Assembly (NCBI GenBank): GCA_050740695.1
Contig: JBOIDR010000008.1
Location: 4-64,003 of the forward strand
Origin: Gammaproteobacteria bacterium
GTDB lineage: Bacteria > Pseudomonadota > Gammaproteobacteria > JACCXJ01
Direction of reading: 5' to 3'
DNA length: 64,000 bases
Position numbers and translations under genes: made by a program. The notes beneath the pieces were generated by a model, which saw only the letters and a list, made by a program, of their open reading frames with translations, searched no databases and was not told the DNA's origin. Shown piece by piece: positions 48,928-60,298 of the stretch; position 1 is the stretch's first letter, and each line of letters starts with the position of its first letter.

Positions 48928-50476
48928 ATGACTCCCGACTCCGATGGCCTCCACCCCATCGCCAACACGACTTCGCCGGGCATCGGTGCCGACGTCGTCT
49001 TCGTGCACGGCCTTATCGGAGGCTCACACAGCACATGGCGGCATGGCCAGGAAGGAAAGGACGGCCATTTCTTCTGGGCGGAGGAACTCGGCAAGGCACT
49101 CCCTCACTGCGCCATCTGGTCGCTCGGATACGCGGCAGGCATCACTCATTGGTTTGGCGCGCCAGGCATGGCTATCCAGGACCGCGCGCGCAATCTCGTT
49201 CTTAAGCTTCTCAACCACAACCTTGGCCGGCGGCCCCTCCTCTTCATCACCCACAGTATGGGGGGTTTGGAGGTGAAGGAAATCATCGTGCGCAGTCAGA
49301 CGCGCGGCTCAGCGGATTGGAAGACCCTCGTCGCTTCCATTCGCGGTATCGTCTTCTGCGGTACGCCTCACCGCGGCTCCCATTTCGCCACTGCTGCAAA
49401 AATCCTTTCGAACTATCTTCGCAGTCAGGAGAATCTGCAGCAGATGAAAATGGGCGCGCCCGAACTCGACACCCTGCACGACGAGTTTATTACCTGGTGG
49501 CCGTGGAGCAGGAAGATTGGCGCAACGCAGCCATCCGCGTCGGCAACCTCAGTGAACTGGAGCTTACGCTCGGCGACGTGCCCGCCGCCGAGGATACGGC
49601 GTCGAAGTCCGTCATGTACGCCGATCGCAGCGGCGACGCCTTTCATCGGATGAGCAAACGCGCTATCCACGCCGACGCGCTACATCAGGCGGAGCGGCTG
49701 GAGGCGAGCCGCAACCTTTTTGCCGAGGCCGAATCGGTACACGCGAAGGACCGGCCCGACTACCTCTGCTCTACTCCGTAGCAGGCTACCGATATTGCGA
49801 CCTCCTGCTCGGCATCGCCGAGCGCGCTGCGTGGCGACGGTGGACAGGCCGCCCGCTCGCGGGTTCGCCGGGCGCCGCATCCGGTGGTTCAGGCGGCAAG
49901 ATGCCGCCCGAATCCGCTGCCGAGACGGCCGCGCTGCTTTCCGACCTCGCCGCCGTAGAGCGCCGCGCCGCGCAGACGCTCGAATAGGCTAGGAACGTTT
50001 TTCATTTCGGGCTCACCATGGCTCTTGACCACCTCACGCTGGGCCGCGTCCATCTCCTCCTGGACGTCCTCGATTCCCCCGACACCCATCTGCACTCAGC
50101 CAGAACGTCATTGGACACTGCCCTCGCCACGCTGCGTCAAGCCAACACCAGCGACTTCCTGCCGCTTGTCCTGCTTGCCTGCGCCTGGCTGCACACGCTC
50201 CTGGGCGATTGGGACGCCGCGCGCCAGCGGCTCGACGAGGCCTACGCACTCTGCACCCACGGCGGCAATCCGCAGAAGGGCCGGCAGGGCGGCATGCGAC
50301 TCTACCTCGCCGACACGCTGCTACACCGCACCAGGCTGTTCGGATCGCGAAATGACTATCCCTGGCCCGGCCGCACCCCGAAAGTCGATCTCGATGAGGC
50401 CGGAACGCTCATCGACGCCTGCGGCTACCACCGCCGCGACCAAGAGCTCGCGGACGCCCGCGCCGCCCTCGGCTGA
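48928..50476 (+). pseudogene. decayed alpha/beta-hydrolase-TPR protein gene (central part deleted, one frameshift, one in-frame TAG)
   Basis: The N-part has VVFVHGLIGG...FITHSMGG...FCGTPHRGS (DUF676/PGAP1-like lipase fold). From about 49500 a different frame gives TPR-like ADALHQAERLEASRNLFAEAE. A slip near 49765 gives PLLYSVAGYRYCDLLL. A TAG at 49985 sits where relatives have Trp (TLE-stop-A). It then continues as LDHLTLGRVHLLL to 50476. Confidence 0.6.
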
Positions 50477-51210
50477 GAGCTTACCTTGCGAGCTATACGA
50501 CGGCCCTCAGGGATAAACCATCGAAAGATCATCCCTTCACCAAGGGCCACATCGACGCGTTCGCCGGCTCCGGGTATCGCAACGCGCGGCGAGAGGATGA
50601 GGCGGGGAAGCTGTCGCAGGCGCTGCTGTTCCCCGATCTCGCTGAGACGGAGCCGCAGGCGTTCCTCGATGGATCGACCCGGCTCGCGCTCAAGACAGAG
50701 CCTCGTTTCGACCGCTACGTGTTTATCGAGCGTAGCGCCGAGCGGTGTGCGCAACTCGAGGCGCTCAAGTCCGAATTCTCGCATCTCGCGAGCGACATCC
50801 AGATCCGCCGCGGCGACGCGAACACCGAGATCCAGGTGTGCAGGAAGGACTGGACCTCGCACCGAGCGGTCCTTTTTCTCGATCCGTACGGCATGCAGGT
50901 GGAGTGGACGACGATTGAGGCGATCGCCGGGACGAAGGCGATCGACCTCTGGCTGCTGTTTCCTCTCGGGATCGGCGTGAACCGCCTGCTCACGAAGTCC
51001 GGAGCGATCCCGGAGTCGTGGCGCCGACGACTCGATCTCCTCCTCGGCACTGAGGATTGGTACGAGCAGTTCTACCGCGTCGAGAGTACGCCCACGTTGT
51101 TCGGCGAGGCTGATCGTGTCCTCACTTCTCTGCTTCGCGGTCGGGAACAAGCAGGGCGCCCCTACCGCGTTGCGTATCGCCAACTATCTACTGAAAAAAG
51201 GGGTGCAGTA
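50473..51210 (+). pseudogene. three-Cys-motif partner protein TcmP gene, 5-prime-truncated and frameshifted near the 3-prime end
   Basis: [11 protein letters not shown]...FIERSAERC...IRRGDAN...[39 protein letters not shown] matches the TcmP pattern. No start codon precedes the homology. The expected C-terminus ([28 protein letters not shown]-stop) is in the +1 frame. Confidence 0.6.
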
Positions 51211-51478
51211 ATGGCCCAAGGTTCCGGCATCGAGTGGACCGAGTCGACATGGAACCCCGTGACCGGCTGTACGAAGATCAGCCCCGGGTGCAAGTACTGC
51301 TACGCCGAGCGGATGGCGGAGCGGCTCCAGGCGATGGGCCAGGAGAACTACCCGCCGCGCAGAGGTACCGTTCTTCTTCAAGCAGTGGGGCGGCAGGAAC
51401 AAGAAAAAGGCGGGGCGTATGCTCGAGGGGCACACGTGGAACCAGATGCCGAAATATGTCTCCGTCACCGCACCGTGA
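51210..51478 (+). pseudogene. DUF5131 (phage Gp37/Gp68, three-Cys-motif) gene with large internal deletion
   Basis: The N-terminus is [39 protein letters not shown]. It is fused out of frame to the family C-terminus [30 protein letters not shown]. About 170 codons are missing in between. Confidence 0.65.
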
Positions 51479-51539
51479 CAAGGACCCAGGGCGTACCGAC
51501 CGCTGTCCGTCGGGCGTGGACGCAAGGCACCAGATGTCA

Positions 51540-52523
<984 letters not shown>

Positions 52524-52633
52524 CTAGTGCACTCGGGCTATAAGCCTATAACAAAGTATGCTTTATGGATATAGGGACCTTGCGGTTAAAGTAGGGACAG
52601 GTACACCACCGACCACAAGGACCCAGATCGCTC

Positions 52634-53416
52634 ATGGATTTCGCTTACACGCTCTCGGGGTTTATCGTCGGCTTCATCGTCGGGCTGACGGGGGTTGGCG
52701 GCGGTTCATTGATGACCCCGCTCTTGGTGCTCGTATTCGGTGTGAATCCGGCCATCGCGGTGGGGACCGATCTGCTCTACGCCGCCATCACGAAATGCGG
52801 CGGGATCCTCGTGCACCACAAACAGCGCACCATCGATTGGCGCGTCGTCCGGCTCATGGCTGCCGGCAGCCTGCCGGGCGCCGTGCTCACCTTGCTGGCG
52901 CTCAGACACTTCCAGAGAGAGGGCATCGACTACACGACCTTGATCACCTCGACGTTGGGAGTGGCGCTCATCCTCACCTCGCTGGTTCTGCTCTTCAAGC
53001 GCCAGCTCCTGGAGTTCAGTTACCGGGAGCCCTTCCAGGCCGTGCGCGCCGTGCACCGTCAGCTCAAGGGCCCGGCAACGGTGCTGGTGGGGTCGGTGAT
53101 CGGGGTCTTGGTGACCCTGTCTTCGGTGGGCGCGGGCGCACTGGGTGCGGCCGCGCTGTTCTTCCTGTATCCGCGGCTGCCGGCCGTATCGATCGTAGGC
53201 AGCGACCTCGCCCACGCCGTGCCCTTGACCGCCGTGGCTGGTCTCGGCCACGCACACCTCGGCACCGTGGATTTCGTCCTCCTCGGGAGCCTCCTGCTCG
53301 GATCCCTGCCGGGGATCTATCTGGGCAGCCACCTCGGGGTCCGACTCCCGGACCAGATCGTCCGTCCCATCCTCGCCAGCATGCTGCTTTTCATCGGCAT
53401 CCGCTTCGCGCTGTAG
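52634..53416 (+). CDS. sulfite exporter TauE/SafE family membrane protein
   Basis: 260 aa with about 8 TM helices. GVGGGSLMTPLL and VGAGALG repeats typical of TauE. Divergent from cysB. Confidence 0.85.
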   Translation: MDFAYTLSGFIVGFIVGLTGVGGGSLMTPLLVLVFGVNPAIAVGTDLLYAAITKCGGILVHHKQRTIDWRVVRLMAAGSLPGAVLTLLALRHFQREGIDYTTLITSTLGVALILTSLVLLFKRQLLEFSYREPFQAVRAVHRQLKGPATVLVGSVIGVLVTLSSVGAGALGAAALFFLYPRLPAVSIVGSDLAHAVPLTAVAGLGHAHLGTVDFVLLGSLLLGSLPGIYLGSHLGVRLPDQIVRPILASMLLFIGIRFAL

Positions 53417-53580
53417 CATAGGCCCGACTACACCGGGCCAGAATGAATACAGCGCGTCAGATAGAGGTCTTGGCCGCGAGTTGCCCCTGCGGCCCAATCG
53501 GAAGGTCGAGGGTAAGCGCAGCTGAATGCGCCGTACCGGCCGGTTCGACACCGGCCGGTACGGCGGCCCGGCGCGGAACC

Positions 53581-53820
53581 CTAGCTAGCTGCCCACCCTT
53601 CCCTCGAACGGCGTCGGCTCGCGATGATGGCCGCCATCCGGTCCTTGAGCAACAACTTCTGCTTCTTCAGGTTCTCCAGCGATACGTCATCGAGCGGGAA
53701 GGTCCCCTCGTTGGCCTGATGGACCTGCTCTTTCAGACCGTGGTGCTTCTGGTAAAGACGCTTGAACTCCTCATCGCTGGAGAGGAGCTCTTGCACGATT
53801 TCGTCATCGGATTCAAACAT
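53581..53820 (-). CDS. DUF465 (YdcH-like) small protein
   Basis: Start at ATG 53820. LLSSDEEFKRLYQKHHGLKEQVHQA...LENLKKQKLLLKDRM is the DUF465 coiled-coil signature. Confidence 0.7.
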   Translation of the reverse strand: MFESDDEIVQELLSSDEEFKRLYQKHHGLKEQVHQANEGTFPLDDVSLENLKKQKLLLKDRMAAIIASRRRSREGWAAS

Positions 53821-54044
53821 CTCGCCCCCTTTCACTGTGTTGTGCCGATCCCCGGTGCCGACGCCCTCGCAACCACGACCGGCCGCCATCCCACGCCATC
53901 CGCGGTTTGAACCGTCACCGGCACCGGTGTTTGCCACGAAGCGATTCCACCTTTTCAACCCTAGTCCAGAACGGCGACGATCACAAGGCAGGTGCGACGC
54001 CGGAGCCGGAGCCGCGGGACACCGTCGCCGGCCCACGCTGGTCT

Positions 54045-54073
54045 AAAAAAGAAACCCGCATGACGCGGGTTTC
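54045..54073 (-). terminator. intrinsic terminator after the desaturase gene
   Basis: Minus-strand RNA reads gaaacccgc-gucau-gcggguuuc followed by uuuuuu, 26 nt after the stop at 54099. Confidence 0.75.
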
Positions 54074-54098
54074 TTTACATCGCGGAGGTGGCCTGGTC

Positions 54099-55268
54099 CT
54101 AAGCCGGCTGCAAGACGTAGCCCCGCAGCGAAAGGGCGAAGTCCTCCAAGGCCTTGATCCCCGTGCTCTCCGCCTGCCGACACCATTCCTGAAGCGCATG
54201 CAGGAGGCTCTCCTGGGTGGCCGCGCGTTCCTTCCACAACTGCTGCAACTCCTGCTTGAACCGATAGACCACCTGCAGCGCCTGGCTATGCTCCAGGGCC
54301 CCCTGCAGGCGGTTCCTGGCATGCTCATCCAGACGCGACTCCTCACGCGTGATCAAGCGTCGGGCGTGCTTCAGCATGCGCCGCGCCGTGCCCTCGGCCT
54401 TGCGCAGTTCCTCCTTGTGGACGCGGTGGACCACTTCGCGTGCATAACGCGCCATGACGTGCAGATGACTGGTGACGATCGCGGTCACCGTCTCGCAGTC
54501 GACCAGGGCTTTACCGGGCGCGTAGGCCGGCCGCGGCGCCAGCTTCTTGACCCGCGCCAGGCCCAATAACTCGAAGGTGCGGATATACATCCAGCCGACG
54601 TCGATCTCCCACCACTTGTTGGATAACCTGGCCGAGCTGGCAAAGGCGTGATGGTTGTTGTGCAGTTCCTCACCGCCGATCAGGATCCCCCACGGGCAGA
54701 TGTTGGTCGAGGTGTCGTCGCACTCGAAGTTCCGATACCCCCAATAGTGGCCGAGGCCGTTGACCACGCCCGCGGCCCAGACCGGGATCCACAACATCTG
54801 GATCGCCCAGATGGTCAGGCCTATGGGACCGAACAGGACCAGCAGCACCACCAAGAGGCTGGTTATGCCCTTTTTGGTGTGCGCCGTGTACAGGTTGCGC
54901 TCGATCCAGTCATCGGGCGTCCCGAAGCCGTACTTGTCGAGGGTCTCCTGGTCGGCGGCCCCGACCCGGTACAGTTCGGTGCCTTCCAAGAGGACCTTCC
55001 GGATCCCGTAGATCATCGGGCTGTGGGGATCGTCGGGGGTCTCGACACAGGCGTGGTGCTTGCGATGCACGGCCACCCATTGGCGGGTGACCATCCCGGT
55101 GGTCAACCACAGCCAGAAACGGAAGAAGTGAGACACGGCCGGGTGCAGGTCGAGCGCGCGATGCGCCTGATGCCGGTGAAAAAACACGGTCACCGCAACA
55201 ATGGTGATATGCGTCAGTATTAAGGTCAGCGCGACATACCCCCACGCCGATAATTCCAACAAACCCAT
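54099..55268 (-). CDS. membrane fatty-acid (acyl-lipid/acyl-CoA delta-9-like) desaturase
   Basis: Three histidine boxes: HRHQAH, HRKHH and HNNHH. N-terminal TM hairpins. Confidence 0.9.
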   Translation of the reverse strand: MGLLELSAWGYVALTLILTHITIVAVTVFFHRHQAHRALDLHPAVSHFFRFWLWLTTGMVTRQWVAVHRKHHACVETPDDPHSPMIYGIRKVLLEGTELYRVGAADQETLDKYGFGTPDDWIERNLYTAHTKKGITSLLVVLLVLFGPIGLTIWAIQMLWIPVWAAGVVNGLGHYWGYRNFECDDTSTNICPWGILIGGEELHNNHHAFASSARLSNKWWEIDVGWMYIRTFELLGLARVKKLAPRPAYAPGKALVDCETVTAIVTSHLHVMARYAREVVHRVHKEELRKAEGTARRMLKHARRLITREESRLDEHARNRLQGALEHSQALQVVYRFKQELQQLWKERAATQESLLHALQEWCRQAESTGIKALEDFALSLRGYVLQPA

Positions 55269-55376
55269 GGACGTGATCCTCCGGAGCCGAGCGAAAGCAG
55301 GGTGCGAGACGGATCGCCATGTTAACCGACTATCCCGGCGAGATCCATGGGCGGACCGGGCGCAACACGCGCGCTC

Positions 55377-57440
55377 TCAGCACACGCCGGCCGAGTCGCA
55401 TAGCCGGAGATGGCCATGGTCGTCGACAGTGGCTCGCCATCCACGCGCCAGGTAGGTGGTCGAGTCCGGGTCTCTGATGATGGCCGGGGCGGGAAGCCCT
55501 TGTCCCGCGGTGAGCGCGCCGCGCTCGAAGACCGGCACCAAAGCGGCGACCCCGTACATGGTGATCCAGCGCGTGGGGCTTGCGGGGCGTCCCGAGGGGG
55601 GCCGCGCCAGGCGCAGTCGGGCGGCCGGTCCGCGTAGCGCCACCCGGACGTTGACGAGCTCGACCGGGGTCCCGAGACGGTGCCCGTAACGCCGTTCGTG
55701 GGCTTGGTGAAAGGCGTCGAGTGCGCGCCCGACCGAGCCCTGCCAGACCAGGTTCAGGGTATGGGCCTGACCCCGGTAGCAGAGATCGAGACTCGGATAC
55801 GCGCGAATGTAGCCCTTATCCTCTCCTGGGAGACCCATCCCCTCGCCGGCCATGGCCGCCAGGCCCCCTTCGGTCAAGGTACGCACAGCAACCCCGATCT
55901 CCCGTCGCCGGGCGGGGGTGAGGACACCCGAGAGCGTCCGCGATAACTGGCGGCCATTGGGTGCGGCGAGCATCCCGAGCGCCGAGAGGACCCCGGCGTC
56001 GCGGGGCACCAGGGTCTCCCGGATCCCCAGGGCACGCGCCAGATCGCAGACGTGCAACCCGCCGGCACCGCCGAAGCAGAAGAGCGGAAAGCGGCGCGGA
56101 TCCAGTCCGCGATGGAGCGAGATCACCCGCAGGGCATTGGCCATGTGCTCGTTGGCGATGGCAACGATACCCAGGGCGACGTCCTCGATCACGGGTATCC
56201 CGAGTCGCGCCGCCAGCCGGCCGACGGCGGCGCGCGCCGCCGCGACATCCAAAGGCACCGAGCCCGCGAGCTTGCTGTCCGCCGGCAAGCGGCCGAGCAC
56301 CAGGTTCGCGTCGGTCACGGCCGGCTCGCCCGCGCCGCGGCCATAGCACGCCGGGCCGGGGTCCGCCCCGGTCGAGGCCGGCCCGACGCGCAGGAGCCCG
56401 CCGGCATCGGCATACGCGATCGATCCACCTCCCGCCCCGATGCTGTGGATGTCCACCATCGGGACCGCCACGGGAAAGGGCCCCAGGCGCCCCTCGGAGG
56501 TCAGCACCACCTCCCCATCGATCAGCGCGACATCCGTGGACGTCCCGCCCATGTCGAGCGTGAGGAAGCGTTCGTGGCCGGCGCCTCGGGCCACCGCCCG
56601 AGCACCCATGACCCCCCCCGCCGGGCCGGAGAGCAGAAGATGTACCGCCCGCCGCGACGCGCTGGCGGCCGAGAGCGTCTCGCCGGCGCTCTGCATGACC
56701 GCGATACGCGTGGCCGGCAGCGCACCCGCGAGCCGTTCGAGGTAGCCGTGGATCTTCGGTCCGGTATAGGCGTTGAGCCAGGTGGCGATACCCCGCTCAT
56801 ACTCCCGGCGCTCCGGTAGCACCTCGGAGGAGCGGGATACGAACACCCCCGCGGGCAGGGCGGCCTCGATCGCGCGTTCCTGACTGGGATCGAGGTAAGA
56901 GAACAGGCAATCGATGGCCACCGCCTCGGCCCCAAGCGCACGCACCGCGGCCGCGAGCGCCGCCAAATCCTCTTCGGTGACGGGATCGAGGACGCGCCCA
57001 TCGGCGCCGATGCGCCCTCCGGCCTCCAGGCACAGCTCCCGCGGCACGGGCGGTGCGCACGGGCTCGGGCAGAGATCATAGAGATCGCGCCGGGCCTGGC
57101 GCCCGATCGTCAGGAGATCGCGGAACCCGCGGTTGGTCACAAGACAGGTGCGCGCGCCCTTGCCTTCCAGGACCGCGTTCGTGGCTACTGTGGTCCCGTG
57201 GATGATGCAGAAACGCGCTTCCGACAGCCCCAACGCCTCGATGCCCGCCAGGATGGCGCGCTCCGGCGCGTCGGGCGTCGAGAGGACCTTATGAACCCGA
57301 AAGCCGTGCCCATCATAGGCCACGAAATCGGTGAAGGTCCCGCCGGCATCGATTCCGAGCACCAGGCTGATCGCGGTCTCCTCCCTATTCCCCCTTGCAG
57401 ACCCGCCATAGCGAGTCCGTGAAATAGCGCCGTGCGTCAT
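55377..57440 (-). CDS. hydantoinase/oxoprolinase family protein (HyuA-like)
   Basis: LGIDAGGTFTDFV, TTVATNAVLE and LDMGGTSTDV motifs. The start may be GTG at 57362 instead of ATG at 57440, which overlaps egtD by 56 nt. Confidence 0.85.
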   Translation of the reverse strand: MTHGAISRTRYGGSARGNREETAISLVLGIDAGGTFTDFVAYDGHGFRVHKVLSTPDAPERAILAGIEALGLSEARFCIIHGTTVATNAVLEGKGARTCLVTNRGFRDLLTIGRQARRDLYDLCPSPCAPPVPRELCLEAGGRIGADGRVLDPVTEEDLAALAAAVRALGAEAVAIDCLFSYLDPSQERAIEAALPAGVFVSRSSEVLPERREYERGIATWLNAYTGPKIHGYLERLAGALPATRIAVMQSAGETLSAASASRRAVHLLLSGPAGGVMGARAVARGAGHERFLTLDMGGTSTDVALIDGEVVLTSEGRLGPFPVAVPMVDIHSIGAGGGSIAYADAGGLLRVGPASTGADPGPACYGRGAGEPAVTDANLVLGRLPADSKLAGSVPLDVAAARAAVGRLAARLGIPVIEDVALGIVAIANEHMANALRVISLHRGLDPRRFPLFCFGGAGGLHVCDLARALGIRETLVPRDAGVLSALGMLAAPNGRQLSRTLSGVLTPARRREIGVAVRTLTEGGLAAMAGEGMGLPGEDKGYIRAYPSLDLCYRGQAHTLNLVWQGSVGRALDAFHQAHERRYGHRLGTPVELVNVRVALRGPAARLRLARPPSGRPASPTRWITMYGVAALVPVFERGALTAGQGLPAPAIIRDPDSTTYLARGWRATVDDHGHLRLCDSAGVC

Positions 57441-58383
57441 AGAGCCGCGCGACTATCGCGTAGCCGGTCTCCTCCGCCAGACGCTCGATGTCGGATTCCA
57501 GGTACTTGTAGGATAGCTCCGTCCGGATCGGTTCCCAGGGACCGAAGTAAAAACGCCGTCCGATCGCCTCGATGTAGGCGGACTGCTCGGCCCGGCTCAC
57601 GAGATAGCTCGTGATCGATCCGCCGTGCACATCGAAGGTGCAATAGAAGCGGAAGCCATCGACGTCGAAATCACCGCCGAGATCGCGGTTGATGCGATGC
57701 AAGAGGTTCAGGTTGAAATCACGGGTCGCGCCCTCGGAATCGTCGTAGGCGCGCCGCATGACATCGAGGTCCTTGCGGAGATCGAATCCGATCAAGACCA
57801 GATCGCCGTCCTCGAGCGTGTTCCAGAGGCTCTTCAGGAACACCAGGGACTCGGCTCCGGTGAAATTCCCGAGGTTCGAGCCCAAGAACAGCACTACGGT
57901 CCGGGTATCCGCGCCGCGCGTGAGCCATCTGAGCCCCGACAAATAGTCCGCCGCGATGCCCTCGGCCTCGATACCCGGAAACGCCGTTTCCAGGCCGTCG
58001 AGGAGCGCCGAGAGCGCGGACTTGGAGATGTCGATAGGCACGTAGCGGAACGGCTGCGAGTGCTCGCGCAGCGCGCGCAGCAAGAGCCGCGTCTTGACAC
58101 CGTTCCCGGGCCCGAGTTCCACCAGAAGCAAGGGTTCGCCCGATAGTATCTCGACTAAACGCGGGTGCTGGCGCTCGAAGATCTCCCGTTCACAGCCGGT
58201 GAGATAGTATTCGGGGAGCGCCATGATCCGTTCGAAGAGCCGCGATCCGATCTCGTCATAGAAATACTTCGAGGGGATATGCTTGGGGGCCGAGGACAGC
58301 CCCATGAGGACGTCGAGCGCAAAGGCCTCGGTGAGGCGCGACGCCTCGGTCGGCTCCTCGGACCTCAGGAGATCGTGGAGCAT
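57385..58383 (-). CDS. egtD: L-histidine N-alpha-methyltransferase (ergothioneine biosynthesis)
   Basis: Start at ATG 58383. IPSKYFYDEIGSRLFERIMALPEYYLTGCEREI...LVELGPGNGVKTRLLL...FLGSNLGNF is the EgtD signature. Confidence 0.9.
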   Translation of the reverse strand: MLHDLLRSEEPTEASRLTEAFALDVLMGLSSAPKHIPSKYFYDEIGSRLFERIMALPEYYLTGCEREIFERQHPRLVEILSGEPLLLVELGPGNGVKTRLLLRALREHSQPFRYVPIDISKSALSALLDGLETAFPGIEAEGIAADYLSGLRWLTRGADTRTVVLFLGSNLGNFTGAESLVFLKSLWNTLEDGDLVLIGFDLRKDLDVMRRAYDDSEGATRDFNLNLLHRINRDLGGDFDVDGFRFYCTFDVHGGSITSYLVSRAEQSAYIEAIGRRFYFGPWEPIRTELSYKYLESDIERLAEETGYAIVARLYDARRYFTDSLWRVCKGE

Positions 58384-58385
58384 CG

Positions 58386-59651
58386 CTAAGAGCGCTCCGC
58401 CAGGCGGATCCCCGCGAACTGCCAGCGCTGGCCGGGGTAGAAAAAGTTCCGGTAGGTGGCCCGGATATGGCCTCGCGGCGTCGCGAACGACCCCCCGCGC
58501 AACACCATCTGGCCGCTCATGAACTTGCCGTTGTATTCCCCGAGGGCCCCCTCGGGCGCCTGGTAACCGGGATAGGGCAGATAGGCGCTCGCCGTCCACT
58601 CCCAGACATCGCCCAGCATCTGGGCGGGCGCATCATCACCGCCATCGCGCCCGGGATAGGCGGGTCGCAACCGGCCGTCTTCGAGGAGATGGGCGATGCC
58701 GGGATCGGCGTGGCTCGCGCGCGCCGCGCGCTCCCACTCGGCCTCCGTCGGCAAGCGCTTTCCAAGCCAGCGCGCGTAGGCATCCGCCTCGAAATAGCTG
58801 ACATGGCAGACGGGCTCATCGAGTGGCAGCGCCTCGAGCCCGTTCAGGGTATACATCATCCATCGCTCCCCGATCCGCTCCCAGTACAGCGGCGCGAACC
58901 AGCCCTCGTGCCGCACCCGGTCCCAGCCGTCCGAGAGCCAATGCCGGTAGTCCCGATATCCCCCGTCCTCGATGAATGCCAGGTACTCGCGGTTCGACAC
59001 CAGTCGGTCCCCTAGCTCGAATGACGGGACATGGAACGGATGCGCCGGGCGCTCGTTGTCGAACGAGAACCCCTCGCCCTCGAAGCCCATGCGCCCCATC
59101 CCGCCCTTGAAGCCCATGGGGCGCGCCTCGGCAACGGCGGCGTGGCCTATGGCGGCACCGGGCCGGTACGCCGGGCGCTCGGGGTTGGTGGCGAGGATGT
59201 GCTTCACGTCCATGAGGATCAATTCCTGGTGCTGCTGCTCGTGGTGGAGGCCGAGGATGATGCAGCGCTCGACCTCCGGCCACCGGCCCTGAGTCACGGT
59301 TTCGACGAGCCTGGCGATCCGTCGATCGATCTCCGCACGGTAGGCATAGACCTCGGATACCGTAGGTCGCGACAGACATCCACGGCGAGGTCGTTCCAGC
59401 CGCTCCGCGAAGGCCTCGTAGTACGAGTTGAACAGGAAGCCATAGGTGGTCCGATGAGGCGTGGATCCGGGGAGATGCGGCGCCAGGACGAACGCCTCGA
59501 AGAACCAGCTCGTGTGACCCAGGTGCCACTTGGGCGGGCTCACGTCCGGCATGGTCTGGACGACGTAGTCCTCGGTCTCCAGCGGCTCGCAAAGCGCACA
59601 AGTCGCTTGCCGAACAGCCCGATAGTTGCGAAGCACATCGGCTCTGTGCAT
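58386..59651 (-). CDS. egtB: ergothioneine biosynthesis protein EgtB (sulfoxide synthase; DinB_2 plus FGE-sulfatase domains)
   Basis: Start at ATG 59651. PDVSPPKWHLGHTSWFFE (DinB-type). C-terminal GDVWEWTASAYLPYPGY...LRGGSFATP (FGE fold). Confidence 0.9.
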   Translation of the reverse strand: MHRADVLRNYRAVRQATCALCEPLETEDYVVQTMPDVSPPKWHLGHTSWFFEAFVLAPHLPGSTPHRTTYGFLFNSYYEAFAERLERPRRGCLSRPTVSEVYAYRAEIDRRIARLVETVTQGRWPEVERCIILGLHHEQQHQELILMDVKHILATNPERPAYRPGAAIGHAAVAEARPMGFKGGMGRMGFEGEGFSFDNERPAHPFHVPSFELGDRLVSNREYLAFIEDGGYRDYRHWLSDGWDRVRHEGWFAPLYWERIGERWMMYTLNGLEALPLDEPVCHVSYFEADAYARWLGKRLPTEAEWERAARASHADPGIAHLLEDGRLRPAYPGRDGGDDAPAQMLGDVWEWTASAYLPYPGYQAPEGALGEYNGKFMSGQMVLRGGSFATPRGHIRATYRNFFYPGQRWQFAGIRLAERS

Positions 59652-60298
59652 AATCCCCTCCCCACGGCCGAACGTCGGGTCCAATGCCGGCTGTGGGGAG
59701 CTTAGCAGAGCCGGCCGCCCCTGGCCAACGTGTATTCATCGAAGGGAGGCGGGTGCCGGTTCCGGAGCGGCCGAGACCAGGCGCATGCCGGCGCCGGTAG
59801 GATCGCGGTAACCACGGCGCAGGGACCGAACGGAGATAGACTTTCCCAGCCCCGCTACCGGCGGCTCTATTACCTCGTGGCCCTCATGTCCAATGTGCTG
59901 GGCAAGGTCTCGGCCGTGGACCACCAGACGCTCGCCACCCGGCTCCACCGCCTCATCGAAAACCGCCATCCGATACGCCCGTCTGCGACGCCACGATGAA
60001 TCGCATCGAGCGACCGATAAGGCGGGTCATCCACTCGCCGCCCAACGGATCCGACGTCAGGGCCGGCCACCGCGCTAGCAACCGCGCCAACTGCATCGAT
60101 GCAAGTACTCTAGGCGATAGGTAATTTTTACCTATGTAGCGAGTCTAGCCACGCCAGTCAACGCCTCGGTGATTGCAACATCGCATTGATAAATGCGACA
60201 ATCGCGCCCCGCGCCGGTGCTGGCACCGTTGTTGAGGTCATCCCGTTTGTCGGGCCAATGGCTCTGATAGTTACGCCAATGTTCAAACGGAGGACACC

